Source: Hypanus sabinus
Taxonomy: Eukaryota
NCBI RefSeq assembly: GCF_030144855.1
Contig: NC_082722.1
Coordinates: 19,282,001 to 19,346,000 of the forward strand
Length of the DNA: 64,000 nt
Reading direction: 5' to 3'
In this document: positions 12,653 through 24,000 of the stretch, piece after piece
Position numbering within the stretch: position 1 is the stretch's first letter
Layout: each line of letters opens with the position of its first letter
Position numbers and translations under genes: made by a program
The notes under the pieces: generated by a model
Seen by the model: only the letters and a program-made list of their open reading frames with translations
What the model was told of the DNA's origin: nothing
The model's database searches: none

Positions 12653-13954
12653 CAGGTTTTTACCCTCTAAACAAAGTTTCTCTCTCTGGTGGTGACGAAT
12701 CTCTGATTTTTTTCCACTTCTGAGTACAGTGGAAGGAATAGCTTCGGGGGGGGGGGGCGCATACTTAAGGCAAAATAGGTTTATTTCATGAAATGGCTGG
12801 GGACTTGTCAATGATATAGCAGATGAGAATATGTTTGAACATGTCAGTCATTATCTGCTTGAATGACCGGACAGAAGAGGGAGGTGGAATGTCTTCTTCC
12901 CAATCTTAATCTGAAATTTCTTAGTTGTATTTTTTCCGCTGATAACCCCCTAAAATAAATCATAAGAACGTCGAAGACGAAGATGAACGCTGATCTTGTC
13001 AACTCATACAAATGATATTGATTGACATTCTTTGTCTGGATGCAAGAAATAAAACGAAGCAATGCCTCGGTCTGCACTAATTGATAGTCTACAGCTCCAA
13101 ACTGTCCTTGGATTCTCAGCTTCAAAGTTCCTTTGATTTATTTACATATGCGTACAATGTATGTTGGTTTTGATATTTAGATGCTGAGGTGTTCTTGGAA
13201 TCGGGAAGCTGCACAGCAGCGTAAGGCAGTTTGTCAGCTCCATTTTATTTCATCTGTGAAAAGATTTCAAAATCTGTGGTTAATCGAGAATCCTTTGAAC
13301 ACATTGAATCAAAAAGTGTAAAACAGATTAGTGATGCACTGATAAGTTATCAATTTTAGATTTCTGCTGTTTTACACAAAGTTTCTGTCAAGATTTTTTC
13401 AAAATTTCCCTTTTTGATTCATATGGTATTACACCTCCAGGAGTCTGTGTTATCCCACTGAACAATGAGCGTTTTTTTTTCCTTACTTGAAATAAACCTC
13501 AACAAAATCAAGTTGGGAGAGTCGGTAACTACTTGGAGCAGCAGGTATATAGAAAATATTTCGCTAACTCAAAATACTAGTGCATTTTTGTGTTATATGT
13601 GTCTGATTGCTGCAAACTCTTCAGTCTATAGATCTTACGCTGTTTCCTCAGTCACACTTGCCAAAATAACTTCAAATGCACACAGCCACTGTCATCGGTG
13701 GATGGCGCATACTTTGTTCATTCATGCTCTTGTGTTACTATTTTGTCACAAGTCGGTATTTCCATGAATAACTCTAATGTTCGGTTTGTTCAGTGATCCT
13801 CGATTATTATCAGATATTAGTGATCATTATGGAGCTGATAATGGGCTTAGAAAAGATGACATTCCAAGTTTCATGCTTTTTAGTCCTTCCTCGTTTGCAA
13901 ATTACATACGAAATTAAATTCATAAAAGCGAGGGGAAAATATAATCTCGAGGGA

Positions 13955-14390
13955 TCCTGCAGATGCTAAAAATCTTGAGAAATGCAAAATATTGCTGATG
14001 CAATTCATTAGGTAAGGCAGCATATATGAAGTTAAATAAACTGTCGATTATTCTGACCGAAACGCTTTATCAGGACAGTAAAGGAAGGAGTCAGAAGCCA
14101 GATCAAGAAGGTAGGGAAGGAATACAAGATGTCAGCTGATAGGAGGAATCAGCTTGGTAATAAGCAGGAGACAGTGGAGCCTGGAAGAAATGGAAGGATT
14201 GGAGGCGATGGGCAGATGGGGAGAAGAGAAGAGTTGAACGGTGAGCCAGAATTGGGAATAGAAAAAAAAGAGAAGGGGGATGATGAAATAGTTCAAAATT
14301 TGCAGAGATCAACGTTCATACCGTCAGGATGGAGTCCACCCGCATGGAAGAAAATGGTGATGCTATATCGATGGTGTTCAGTTGTAAATG
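13955..14390 (-). mobile_element. Penelope-like element 3' fragment (paralogue ~20060-20530; duplicates ~55217-55652 and ~61323-61793)
   Basis: Same family as 18040-18500 and 22135-22950 by shared terminal sequence. Confidence 0.6.
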
Positions 14391-14507
14391 GTAACACGAT
14401 CATTTTCGGTGAAAAGGGGTGTGCTCTAGCGCAGTCTGCATTTTGGTAGAACATCAAAGGGCTGCGCAGGTTTATAAAGCAGCCTCCTTTGGGATATTAT
14501 GTTTTGA

Positions 14508-14700
14508 GTGGCACGGTAGTGTAGCGGCTATTACAGTCCCTGACTAAATTGTTTGTTTGTACGTTTTCCCATAACCGTATGATTTACTTCGGGCGCTCTG
14601 ACCTGCTCGACATTCCAAAGGAGAACGGCTGAGTATGCTAATTTGTCACATGGGTGTAACTGAGCGTTACGAACTAGTTGGGCCTCACGGCTCAGTTACA
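14508..14700 (+). mobile_element. tRNA-derived V-SINE-like SINE (paralogue ~20697-20900; duplicates ~55770-55960 and ~61960-62163)
   Basis: A-box-like tggcacggtagtgtagcgg, B-box-like ggttaaattccc in the 20697 copy, and core tttgtacgttttcccat...cattccaaag. Confidence 0.65.
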
Positions 14701-14786
14701 ATGCTATATCTCAAAACCAAATTCAAATGTTATTCACATTAACATGTCTGCTTTACCTGAGATTAGATAATACGCAGTTCTTGCCG

Positions 14787-15567
14787 TCAATCTTTGCGAA
14801 ATCCTTTGCTCTCCCTCATATTTAGTGATTCATAGGCAGTGGCGTGCTCAACAGCTACTTGATCATCCTGCTAGAAGAACACATTTAATACTGCTAACTG
14901 GTACATAGGTTAGTTTAATTCGAAACTTAATTAGGAAACGATTGAGAAAGAAAGAATGTTCACTGTAATCAAGTAATCTGAAAATTACTCCCTTTTTCCG
15001 TGTTTGGGAAGCTGTTCTGTGATTGTTCTTAACCAGATTTCATTGACAGACATATATCATTTGGAAACGGTTCCATCTTTCCATCAGCGCTAGAGATTCT
15101 GAACATGTTCAAAATTTAGAGTGCACAAAATGCAGAAGCGCAACGGATTAGAAACATGCTGATACCCAGAGGTACACAGAAAATCCTGGAAGAACTCCGC
15201 CGATCAGGCACATCTAAAATATCGACGTTAAATGGCGAGACCCAACATCATGACTTCATCAAGACACCAGCTTACCTTGCTCCAGGATGTAGCTGAAACA
15301 GGCAGGCACCGTGAGGGAGACATGCGACACCAGACAGATGTAAACATCTTTTCCCCACCCAGACTGATTAATTTCCAAAAATCTGTAAGCCTTGTATAAA
15401 CCCTCCGCTGTCCGGTTTATCACAGTTTCTCTTCATCTGCGGATTTGCCTGTTTTTTTTTGCCAGACGATTTCTAATTCCTTCGGGTAGAAGGCAGCTGT
15501 TTTACAGAGGAGCTGCCGTGTAGCCGTATGATCTTCAATAGGAACGATTTCCAATGGCTTGGGGGAG
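14787..15567 (-). pseudogene. Pseudogene A1: broken C1 exon (15567-15276) plus terminal exon (14867-14787); no V, TM or cyt1 exons
   Basis: The C1 exon is 292 nt versus 294 in gene B (two 1-nt deletions) and has GGA>TGA in the restored frame. The terminal exon encodes DDQVAVEHATAYESLNMRESKGFRKD*. Confidence 0.88.
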
Positions 15568-16379
15568 CTGAAACAAAAGGATATATATTGGGTGTTTACC
15601 AACCATTTAATTAAAGTAAATTCTTATATTTTCCCGCCAATTCAATTATATCTCTCTAGCAAATTAGTTACCCGCCATAGGTTACCGGCATTTTATATAT
15701 TATTTTAATTTCAAGCTCAAGTTCATAGTTATTAAACCAGAACCCCAAATTATGATAGATTTCCACGGTCCGAAAAAAATAAGCTCTTGCATAGATTTTT
15801 AATAGTCTGGAAACTCAGTTGTTCAGGCAGTTTTTCAGAGCTTTTGTTGGAGCTTTCTAGTCATCTGCATTCACTGATAGAGCTTTCCTCGGAATGTAAA
15901 TCACTGCTGGAAAATTTCTCCGTATTTAATGTGTTGAATATGGACAATCGTACCCTCCATAAAATATCTAAGAACGCAAATGCGAAGCTGATATTAATCG
16001 CATTTATTCTACATTACAATTCTTTCATACACCTGTCGGCTTCCATCGAAATGTTTGATAGTGACCTTGCACTGATATATGAACGCTGATGCCCTGCAGA
16101 GAGACAATCCCGGAGCTGAACGAACTCCGCTTTTCCCTGCAGAGATTTCACTCAAACTTGAACCCAAAGTTCACAGTTTTGTAAATGTGGTCTGCTTCCG
16201 CTACAGCTATGGTCCTTATCTAACTTAGGAAAGTCTATCGTCAAATTCCTTTATCAATGTGTCACAACATTTAGCGTTTCGCTCTCTGCCTACAATGGTC
16301 ATCCTGAGCTCACGGTTGCCCGCACAGCACTGCCACAGACCATATACGGATTGCAGTTATTTGTGTACTTGTTGCTGTA

Positions 16380-17080
16380 AGGCAAATTAGTTTGTATAAG
16401 TCCTCAGGGTCCGAGATAGAGTCACATTCGACCTTTTAGGGAAGCTTGTGCAGAATTTTAAGGTGCCTTGATAGAGGTATTCGAAATGTCCTTATCCTCG
16501 GGTGAAGTGCTGGAGAACTAGATATGACTAATGTTTTATAGTTGTTCAAGAAAGGCTCCAAGAATACGCGGGGAACTTATAAGATGGTGAGCCTGACGCT
16601 TGTAAAAGTAATTTATTGGAAATATTCCAAGTGACAGGATACATAACTATTTAGATAGCAGCAGGAATAGCCATCAAGATTTTGTGCATGGTCAGCAGTG
16701 TCCAGCTTTACTTTAAGAGATTTTCGAGGAATTTACCCGGGATTATATTGAAGGAAATGCAGTGGATGTTATCTAAATGGCAAACCCCTCGGCAAAGACC
16801 GGAATGTGAGTCTGATCAAGAAGGTTCGGTAGGCATTCAGGATAAAGTAGTAAAATGTATTTAACAGTCGCTTGGCATGAAAGCCAGGGAGTGGAAGTAG
16901 ACGGTTTTTCTCTGACTGCAGGGCTGAAAATAGAGGTGTACCATGGGGATCGGTACTGTTTTCGTTGTTTGTTGTTCATCTATATTTATAATTTGTGCGT
17001 TAATGAATTAAACTGGTTCATGAAATTTGCAGACCTGGACAGTGGGGAACGCTTTGAGTGGAATATGGCACAGCTGTAAC
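16380..17080 (+). mobile_element. Degenerate CR1 fragment (duplicate ~57641-58341)
   Basis: Remnant CR1 ORF2 phrases, including KFAD. Confidence 0.7.
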
Positions 17081-17099
17081 AACGGTCTGTGAAATAACA

Positions 17100-17215
17100 G
17101 CTGGAATTTATTCGCTTTAGGGCGAAGCGTCTTCGGTACAGGGGCGAGAAAGGACCCCTCCCACAACACAGGAACCCTCTGGAAACTCAGGCTCAGGTTA
17201 AAGACAAAACGACCT
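17100..17215 (-). mobile_element. Rex1/Babar-type RT fragment (duplicate ~58361-58476)
   Basis: FNLSLSFQRVPVLWEGSFLAPVPK resembles the Rex/Babar FNLSLxxxxVPxxWKxxxxVPVPK segment. Confidence 0.65.
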
Positions 17216-17771
17216 TTATTTAAAATGCTTAATGAAACGCATTTTGTGTGTAACGCATCCTCAGTGATTCTCCGAAGCATTTTTAACCGTGATTTCGTTC
17301 TCCAATTCTGAAATGAACCAAAGTTAGAAACCAAGGTTCAATATCACGTCTGGCTTTTGGCGAATAAGGTTTACCGGTAGTTTACCGTTTGTTGTATGGC
17401 TTGCTACGAGAGGAATGTTTCTAAATAGATTGCAAAAAATCAAAGCGATAGAATTGGGGGAGAAGGGTGGTGCGGATCTATCGTCGTGACAGCGTAGCAA
17501 TCAGAAATGGCGCCCTCTCCAGACCGTCGTAGAGATAGAAAACATTTGCTTGGGACGATGCAGAGAAATTTTCAAGTTTGCAGATATTGAAAATCCCTGA
17601 ACCTGTTATCGTTCATGTTATTGTTTTTATTTACTTTGTTCATTAGACTGTATTGATTTTCATGTATTAATGTAGTACACATGTCCTTTTTTATCAGTGT
17701 CAGAGAGCACATTTTTTTTTTTTGCAAAGTGCATTATCCAGTGCGAACAACTAATGATACAAGTTTAAAAC

Positions 17772-18500
17772 CGTGTGGGACGTGGAATTAAAATGTGTGG
17801 CCAGTGGGAGATCCTAATTTATCTGGAGTACAGAGCGTAGGTGTTTAGCCAAACGGTCTCTCATTCTGCCTCAGGTCTCACCAATATATAAAGGCCGCAT
17901 CGAGAGCACCGGACGCGTAGTTCCACATCCCACTCCCATTCTGATATGTCTATCCATGGCTTCCGCTTCAGTCAAGATGAAACCACACTCAGTTTAGAGG
18001 AACACCACCATATATTCCGTCTGAGTAGCCTCCAACCTGATGGCAAAACATTCCGTTTATGCCCAACACGACTTCTTAACCGATCCCCTATGTGTTTATT
18101 TGTATGTTTGTGAGTTTACGTATTTATTATTTTCCCTTTTTTCTTCTTTACTCTCTCTCTCTCTCTCCTCTGCTCTGTCCCTCCTACGATCACTCCTTGC
18201 ATGCTCTCCATCTCCCTCTGGCGCTCCCTTACCAATTCTTCTCCCTGGGCCTCCCGTATTCTGATCTTTCCCCTGCTCCAGTTGTGTATTCCTTATGCCA
18301 ATCTACTTACAGCTTTTAGCTTCTGCTGTCTTCTCCTATAAATTCGGATCTCACCCTCTCCCTCCCACTTTCAAACTCTTACTATCTCTTCTTTCAGTTG
18401 GTCCTAACGAAGGATCTCGGCCCGAAACGTCGACTGTTCTTCTTTCTGTAGTTGCTGCATGGCCTGTTCTGTCACACCAGCATTTTGTGAGTCTTGCTTG
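17772..18500. mobile_element. Penelope-like GIY-YIG fragment with internal inversion (duplicate ~59033-59761)
   Basis: 17915-17772 on the minus strand encodes RCSRCGLLYIGET...HLRSV...HFNSTSH. From 17918 the plus strand continues STSHSHSDMSIHG...LQPDG. Confidence 0.8.
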
Positions 18501-18882
18501 GTCTACTCTTGTGACGTTGCCCTTCAGAGCAATGACAAACGGCTATTTGTGTTTTAATGAGTAGATGAAGAAATGAATAAGAAAGATAAGCGTGCAAACA
18601 TATGCCAACTACGAACAACATATAACTATGCATCTTTACTTAAAAGTAAATATCTAAACAAAATCTAAAGTTGGAAAAATAGTCGAGATTTTTCCATTTC
18701 TTCAAATCTTCAAATCTATATTTCCTTCGGTTGAAGTGAACAAGAATAGCTGTTCAGTTAGCGGTTTTTACTCTTTAAACAAAGTTTCTCTCTCTGGTGG
18801 TGACGAATCTCTGATTTTTTACATCTTCTGAGTACTGTGGAAGGAATAGCTTGCGGGGGGGGGCATACTAAGGCAAAATAGG

Positions 18883-18888
18883 TTTATT
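18883..18888 (-). terminator. Putative polyadenylation signal of gene B (paralogue at 12780-12785)
   Basis: AATAAA on the minus strand is conserved in both paralogues, about 120 bp before their homology ends. Confidence 0.35.
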
Positions 18889-20996
18889 TCATGAAATGGC
18901 TGAGGACTTGTCAATGATATAGCAGACGAAAATATGGTTGAACAGGTCAGTCATTATCACCTTGAATGACCGGACAGAAGAGAGAGACGGAATGTCTTGT
19001 TCCCAATCTTATTCTTAAATTTCTTAGTAATATTTTTTTCAGCTGATAACCCCCTCAAATAAATCATAAGAACATCGAAGACGAAGATGAACGCTTATCT
19101 TGTCAACTTGTACAAATGATATTGATTGACATTCTTTGGCTGGATGCAAGAAATAAAACGAAGGAATGCCTAGGTCTGCACTCATTGATAGTCTACAGCT
19201 CCAAACTGTCCGTTGGTTCTCAGCTTCACAGTTCCTTTGATATATTTAGATATGCGTACAATGTATGTTGGTTTTGATATTTAGATGCTGAGATGTTCTC
19301 GGAATCGGGGAGCTGCACGGCAGCGTAAGTCAGTTTTGTCAGCGCCATTTCCTTTCATCTGTGAAAAGATTTCAAAATCTGTGTTAATCGAGAATCCTTT
19401 GAGTTGAACACATTGAATCAAAAAGTGTAAAACAGAATAGTGATGCACGGGTAAATTATCAATTTCAGATTTCTGCTGTTTTACACAAAGTTTCTGCCAA
19501 GATTTTTTCAAAATATCCCTTTTTGATTCATATGGTATTACAGCTCCAAGAGCCTGTGTTATCCCATTGAACAACGAACGTTATTTTCCTTACTTGAAAT
19601 AAACTTCACGAAAATCAAGTTGGGAGAGTCGGTAACTACTTGGAGCAGCAGGTATATACAAAATATTTCGGTAACTCAAAATACTAGCGCATTTTTGTAT
19701 TATATGTGTCTGATTGCTGCAAACTCTTCAGTCTATAGGTCTTACGCTGTTTCCTCAGTCACACTTGCCAACATAACTTCAAATGCACACAGACACTCTC
19801 ATCAGTGGATGCCGCATACTTTGTTCATTCATGCCCTTGAGTTACTCTTTTGTCACAGTTCGGTATTTCCATGAATAACACTAATGGTCGGTTGGTTCAG
19901 TGATCCTCGGTTATTATCAGATATTAGTGTTCATTATGGAGCTGATAATTTGCTTGGAAAAGATGACATTCCAAGTGTCATGCTTGTTAGTCCTTCATCG
20001 TTTGCAAATTACATACGAAATTAAATTCGTTAAAGCGAGGGGAAAATATAACCTCGAGGGATCCTGCAGATGCTAAAAATCTTGAGAAATGCAAAAATTT
20101 GCTGATGCAATTCATTAGGTAAGGCAGCATATATGAAGGTAAATAAACTGTCGATTTTTCTGACTGAAACGCTTTATCACGACAGTAAAGGAAGGAGTCA
20201 GAAGCCAGAAAAAGAAGGTGGGGAAGGAATACAAGATGTCAGCTGATAGGAGAAACCAGCTTGGTAAGAAGGTGTGTGGATGATGGGGGATGGAATGACG
20301 TGGCGGCTGGGAGGTGATGAGTGGAAAAGGTAAACGGTGCAAGAAGGAATCTGATTGGAGGATATAGTGGATCCTGGAAGAATTGGAAGGAGTGGAGGCG
20401 ATGGGCAGTTGGGGAGAAGAGAAGAGGTGAACGGGTGACAGAATTGGGAATAGAGAAAAAAGAGAAGGAGAAGATGAAATAGTTCAAATGTTGGAGAGAT
20501 CAACGTTTATGCCGTCAGGATGGAATCCACCCGCAGGGAAGAAACTAGTGATGCTATATCGATGGTGTTCAGTTTTAAATGGTAACAGGATCATTTTCGG
20601 AGAAAGGGGGTGAGCTCTGGCGCAGTCTGCATTTTGCTATAACGTCAAATGTCTGCTCAAGTTTATAAAGCAGCCTCCTTTGGGATATGTATGTTTTGCG
20701 TGGCACGGTACTGTAGCAGTTATTACAGATCCAGGTTAAATTCCCATCCCGGACTAAATTTTTCGTTTGTACGTTTTCCCATAACCGTATGATTTACTTC
20801 GGGCGCTCTGACCTGCTCCACATTCCAAAGGGGAACGGCTGAGTATGCTAATTTGTCACATGGGTGTAACTGAGCGGTACGAACTAGTAGGGCCTCACGG
20901 CTCTGCTACAATGCTATATCTCAAAACCAAATTAAAATGTTATTCACAATAAACTGTCTGCTTTACCTGAGATTAGATAATACGCATTTCTAGCCG

Positions 20997-21077
20997 TCAA
21001 TCTTTGCGAAATCCTTTGCTGTCCCTCATATTTAGTGATTCATAGGCAGTGGCGTGCTCAACAGCTACTTGGTTAAC
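20997..21077 (-). CDS. Gene B terminal coding exon VNQVAVEHATAYESLNMRDSKGFRKD*
   Basis: Acceptor ccttctagcag|, phase 0. The paralogous exon at 14867-14787 differs at only 4 of 81 nt. Confidence 0.78.
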   Translation of the reverse strand, partial: VNQVAVEHATAYESLNMRDSKGFRKD

Positions 21078-24000
21078 CTGCTAGAAGGACACATTTAATA
21101 CTGCTAACTGGTACATAGGTCAGTCACCATGAACATAAAACTAATCATAGAAAAGGATCAAAAACGGTTCGAATGACATTTAGTCTGCGTGGAAAGATAT
21201 TGCCCGTATATTATACCGGAAGTGGGATACCAAATCCATTTCAGGCTGTAAATCGCTACCATTACTTTAGATTTCCAAACAAGAAGTTAGAACCTTCCTA
21301 TCTTCTCAGTTTTGGCCATTTCTTTTGCTTCATCTCCGTTGTCATATCCCTTACGTACCCTTAATTTTGGACATGAACTTTATCCCATTCTTTTGTCTTA
21401 CGCACCATGTCAAATAATTTTAATGACCAGATTTCGTCCCCGTGGTGCAATTAGAAACTGTGCCCCTTAAAACTCGCATTATTTGATTTAAGAAGATTAG
21501 AACAAATGGCAAGACCTGATGTGCTTACGCAACTAAAACAGCAAATATGGGAGAGGCATCTTACACGCTGTTGAGCTGATCGGTTTTGCTGGTGAATCAA
21601 GTAAATTACAATGAAATAAGTAGACCAGTTGGACATGCTCGTTATAGTAAATCGTTAAAATAGCATTTGTCTGGCTGAAGTAATTACAAAGCATTCCAAG
21701 GGAATGAAGCAACAGTAAATAAAACATAATCTTGAAATTTCCAGCTTCAACTTAGATGTTACTGTCATGTGCAGTCCTTCATTTCGGGAAGTTCTACGAG
21801 CACTGATGGATGTATTACCGAATTCTACTATAATGAAGCCAGTATTATATACGAAAACATTGTTTTGGTGATGTCGAAAGTTGCTGCAGCAACTATCGTT
21901 ACGTAAATAAAAATATGCTCTAAAATTGGGAAGGTGCTTAATGGAACACAAGCAGACGTTTTCAGTTGTCGACAGATGGGTATACAACCGATACACATTT
22001 TTAAATGCTTACAGGAGAATCCAGGTGCGACAAATTAAATATCATTGAACCGCTGGAAATTTAAAGTAAATGGACAAATAAAACATATGGTCGACCAGGG
22101 AACACGAGAGCAAAGAGAAACAGTTAACATTTATGTTGCAAACACGGGGAAATCTGCAGATGCTGGAAATTCAAGCAACACACACAAAATGCTGGTGGAA
22201 TGCAGCAGGCCAGGCAGCATCTATAGGAAGAAATACAGTCGACTTTTCGGGCCGACACCCTTCGTCAGGTCTACCTGAAAGAAAAGATAGCAAGGGATTT
22301 GAAAGTAGCAGGGGAGGGGGAAACCCGAAATGATAGAAGACGGGAGGGGTGGGGTGAAGCTGAGAGATGGGAAGGAGATTGGCAAAAGGGATGCAGAGCT
22401 GGAAAGGATCATGGGATGCAAGGCTTAGGGAGAAAGAAAGAGGGAGATGGAGAATAGGCAACGAGAGATGGGCAGAGAGAGAGAGAGAAACGAAAGGAAG
22501 GGAGGGAAAGTTAATAAATCAGGGATGGGGTAAGAAGGAAAGGAGGGGCATTAATATTAATTCCGTTAATGCCCCCTCACTATCTTGCCACATCACTGAT
22601 TTATTAATTTTTCCCTCCTTTCCTTTTTGTTGCTCTATCTGGCCATCACTCTTTGCCTGCGCTCCATCTCCCTCTATTGCTCCCCTCCTCTGTTTCTTTC
22701 GCCTTAGACCTCCCAGCCCATGATAGTTTCCAGCTCTGCATCCCTTTTGTCAATCTCCTTTCCAGCTCTCAGCTCCACCCTACACCCTCCGGTTTTCTCC
22801 GATCATTTCGCAATTCCCCCTTCCCCGCCTACTTTCAAATCTCTTACCATCTTTTCTTTCAATTAGACCTGACGAACTGGGTCGGCCCGAAACGTCAACG
22901 GTACTTCTTCCTATAGATGCTGCTGCGTTCCATCAGCATTTTGTGTGCGTTACTTCGTTACTTTGTTACCTTGCTTACTGTCAGTCAGATCAAATGTATC
23001 ACACATTACCAATTGATTCGTGCACGTACTGTACTTTCCCATTGTCCCGTCAACTGTGACTCTCCTAAACCTGCATTTAGTAGTTTCTCACAGTTTCAGA
23101 TGTTTACTGAATTGTTCGGCAAGACAGCTGTCCTTCCAACGGTAAATATTTCCGTTCCCCTTCCAATCAAACCGGCTATGAACTGACGTGGGAAAACTTG
23201 AAAGCATACAGGAAGCAGATGCAATAGGAACATTCAAATAAATCTTGGATATACACTCAAAAATAAATATTTTACGGTTAAATGATTGTATTTTCCCTAC
23301 TATGCTCCAAAGAGTTATGTAATAAAATAAATTCATTATATCTTTTCTCTGCGAATATCTCGTTCTGAAACAAGTCGAGTCGCTTCACCTACCGGATCTT
23401 CTTTCTGATATCCATCGAAAGAATTTGTGTTACCCCCTTCAGAAAAGAAATCAGAAAGAAATGATTTACATTGTAAACATTGTGTACGTTATTCATTCGA
23501 CACGAATCGAAATAATCGTGTAAGTGGAACTGCTGAATAATTGATTGGTAACAGTCGTTGGTAACCCTAATATACTGTGTTTTGCATTCACCTGGTGCTA
23601 TGCTCAAAAGGATTTGATATTCAACGAGTCTGTAAAGTGATAATAGCATAACAGCGGCGGTACCGTATTTAAGTATGGCAACCAAAATGGAAATTAAAAA
23701 CAAGGAGACGCAGATAAGTTGGTTAATGTTCTTTACACAACCAGGGGGAGTTGAGATAAACGTAAAGTCGTTTACGTTACAAACTACGGACCTGCCACTG
23801 TATTAACAAAAGATATTTGAAGAACTCCAAAGGGATATAACAGCATTCGTAAATCAGATATAACATACTTCCAGTGGACTGGTGAAATAGTTGAACTTTA
23901 TGATCAAGCATGCATCGTGCCAGAATATTATCACTGAAATCCGTCTTCGAAAATGGCGATCCATGTCCAATCATTCTGTAAATGTCATTTACTGTTTTGA

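Larger units (their letters stand above)
12655..14910. repeat. Older paralogous block Q (homologous to ~18765-21120): 3' regions of A and B
   Basis: Colinear, roughly 85-90% identical by eye, with shared SINE and Penelope insertions. Confidence 0.9.
1..22737. repeat. Segmental tandem duplication, copy 1 (matches 41284-64000)
   Basis: Colinear near-identity. The offset drifts from 41283 to 41261-41263 through small indels, and ORF-track proteins recur pairwise. Both copies are cut by the window edges. Confidence 0.98.

Noticed and set aside
12746-12758. G-run length differences between copies (also 18855, 54012 and 60117)
   Set aside because: Ordinary homopolymer slippage or sequencing error.
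13490-13570. Minus-strand hydrophobic frame ending at a gtaag donor in block Q
   Set aside because: The acceptor is not conserved in the B paralogue, and the sequence lies after the stop in the presumed 3' UTR.
22011-23070. Alternative cytoplasmic path through exons near 23010-23070 (phase 1-2) and 22011-22050 (phase 2-0)
   Set aside because: The first acceptor is weak and both exons are needed together. The 44-nt exon explains the phases more simply.
23580-23730. Hydrophobic stretch FLISILVAILKYGTAAVMLLSL as the TM exon
   Set aside because: It has no phase-1 acceptor in that frame. The exon at 24169-24071 fits with consensus sites.
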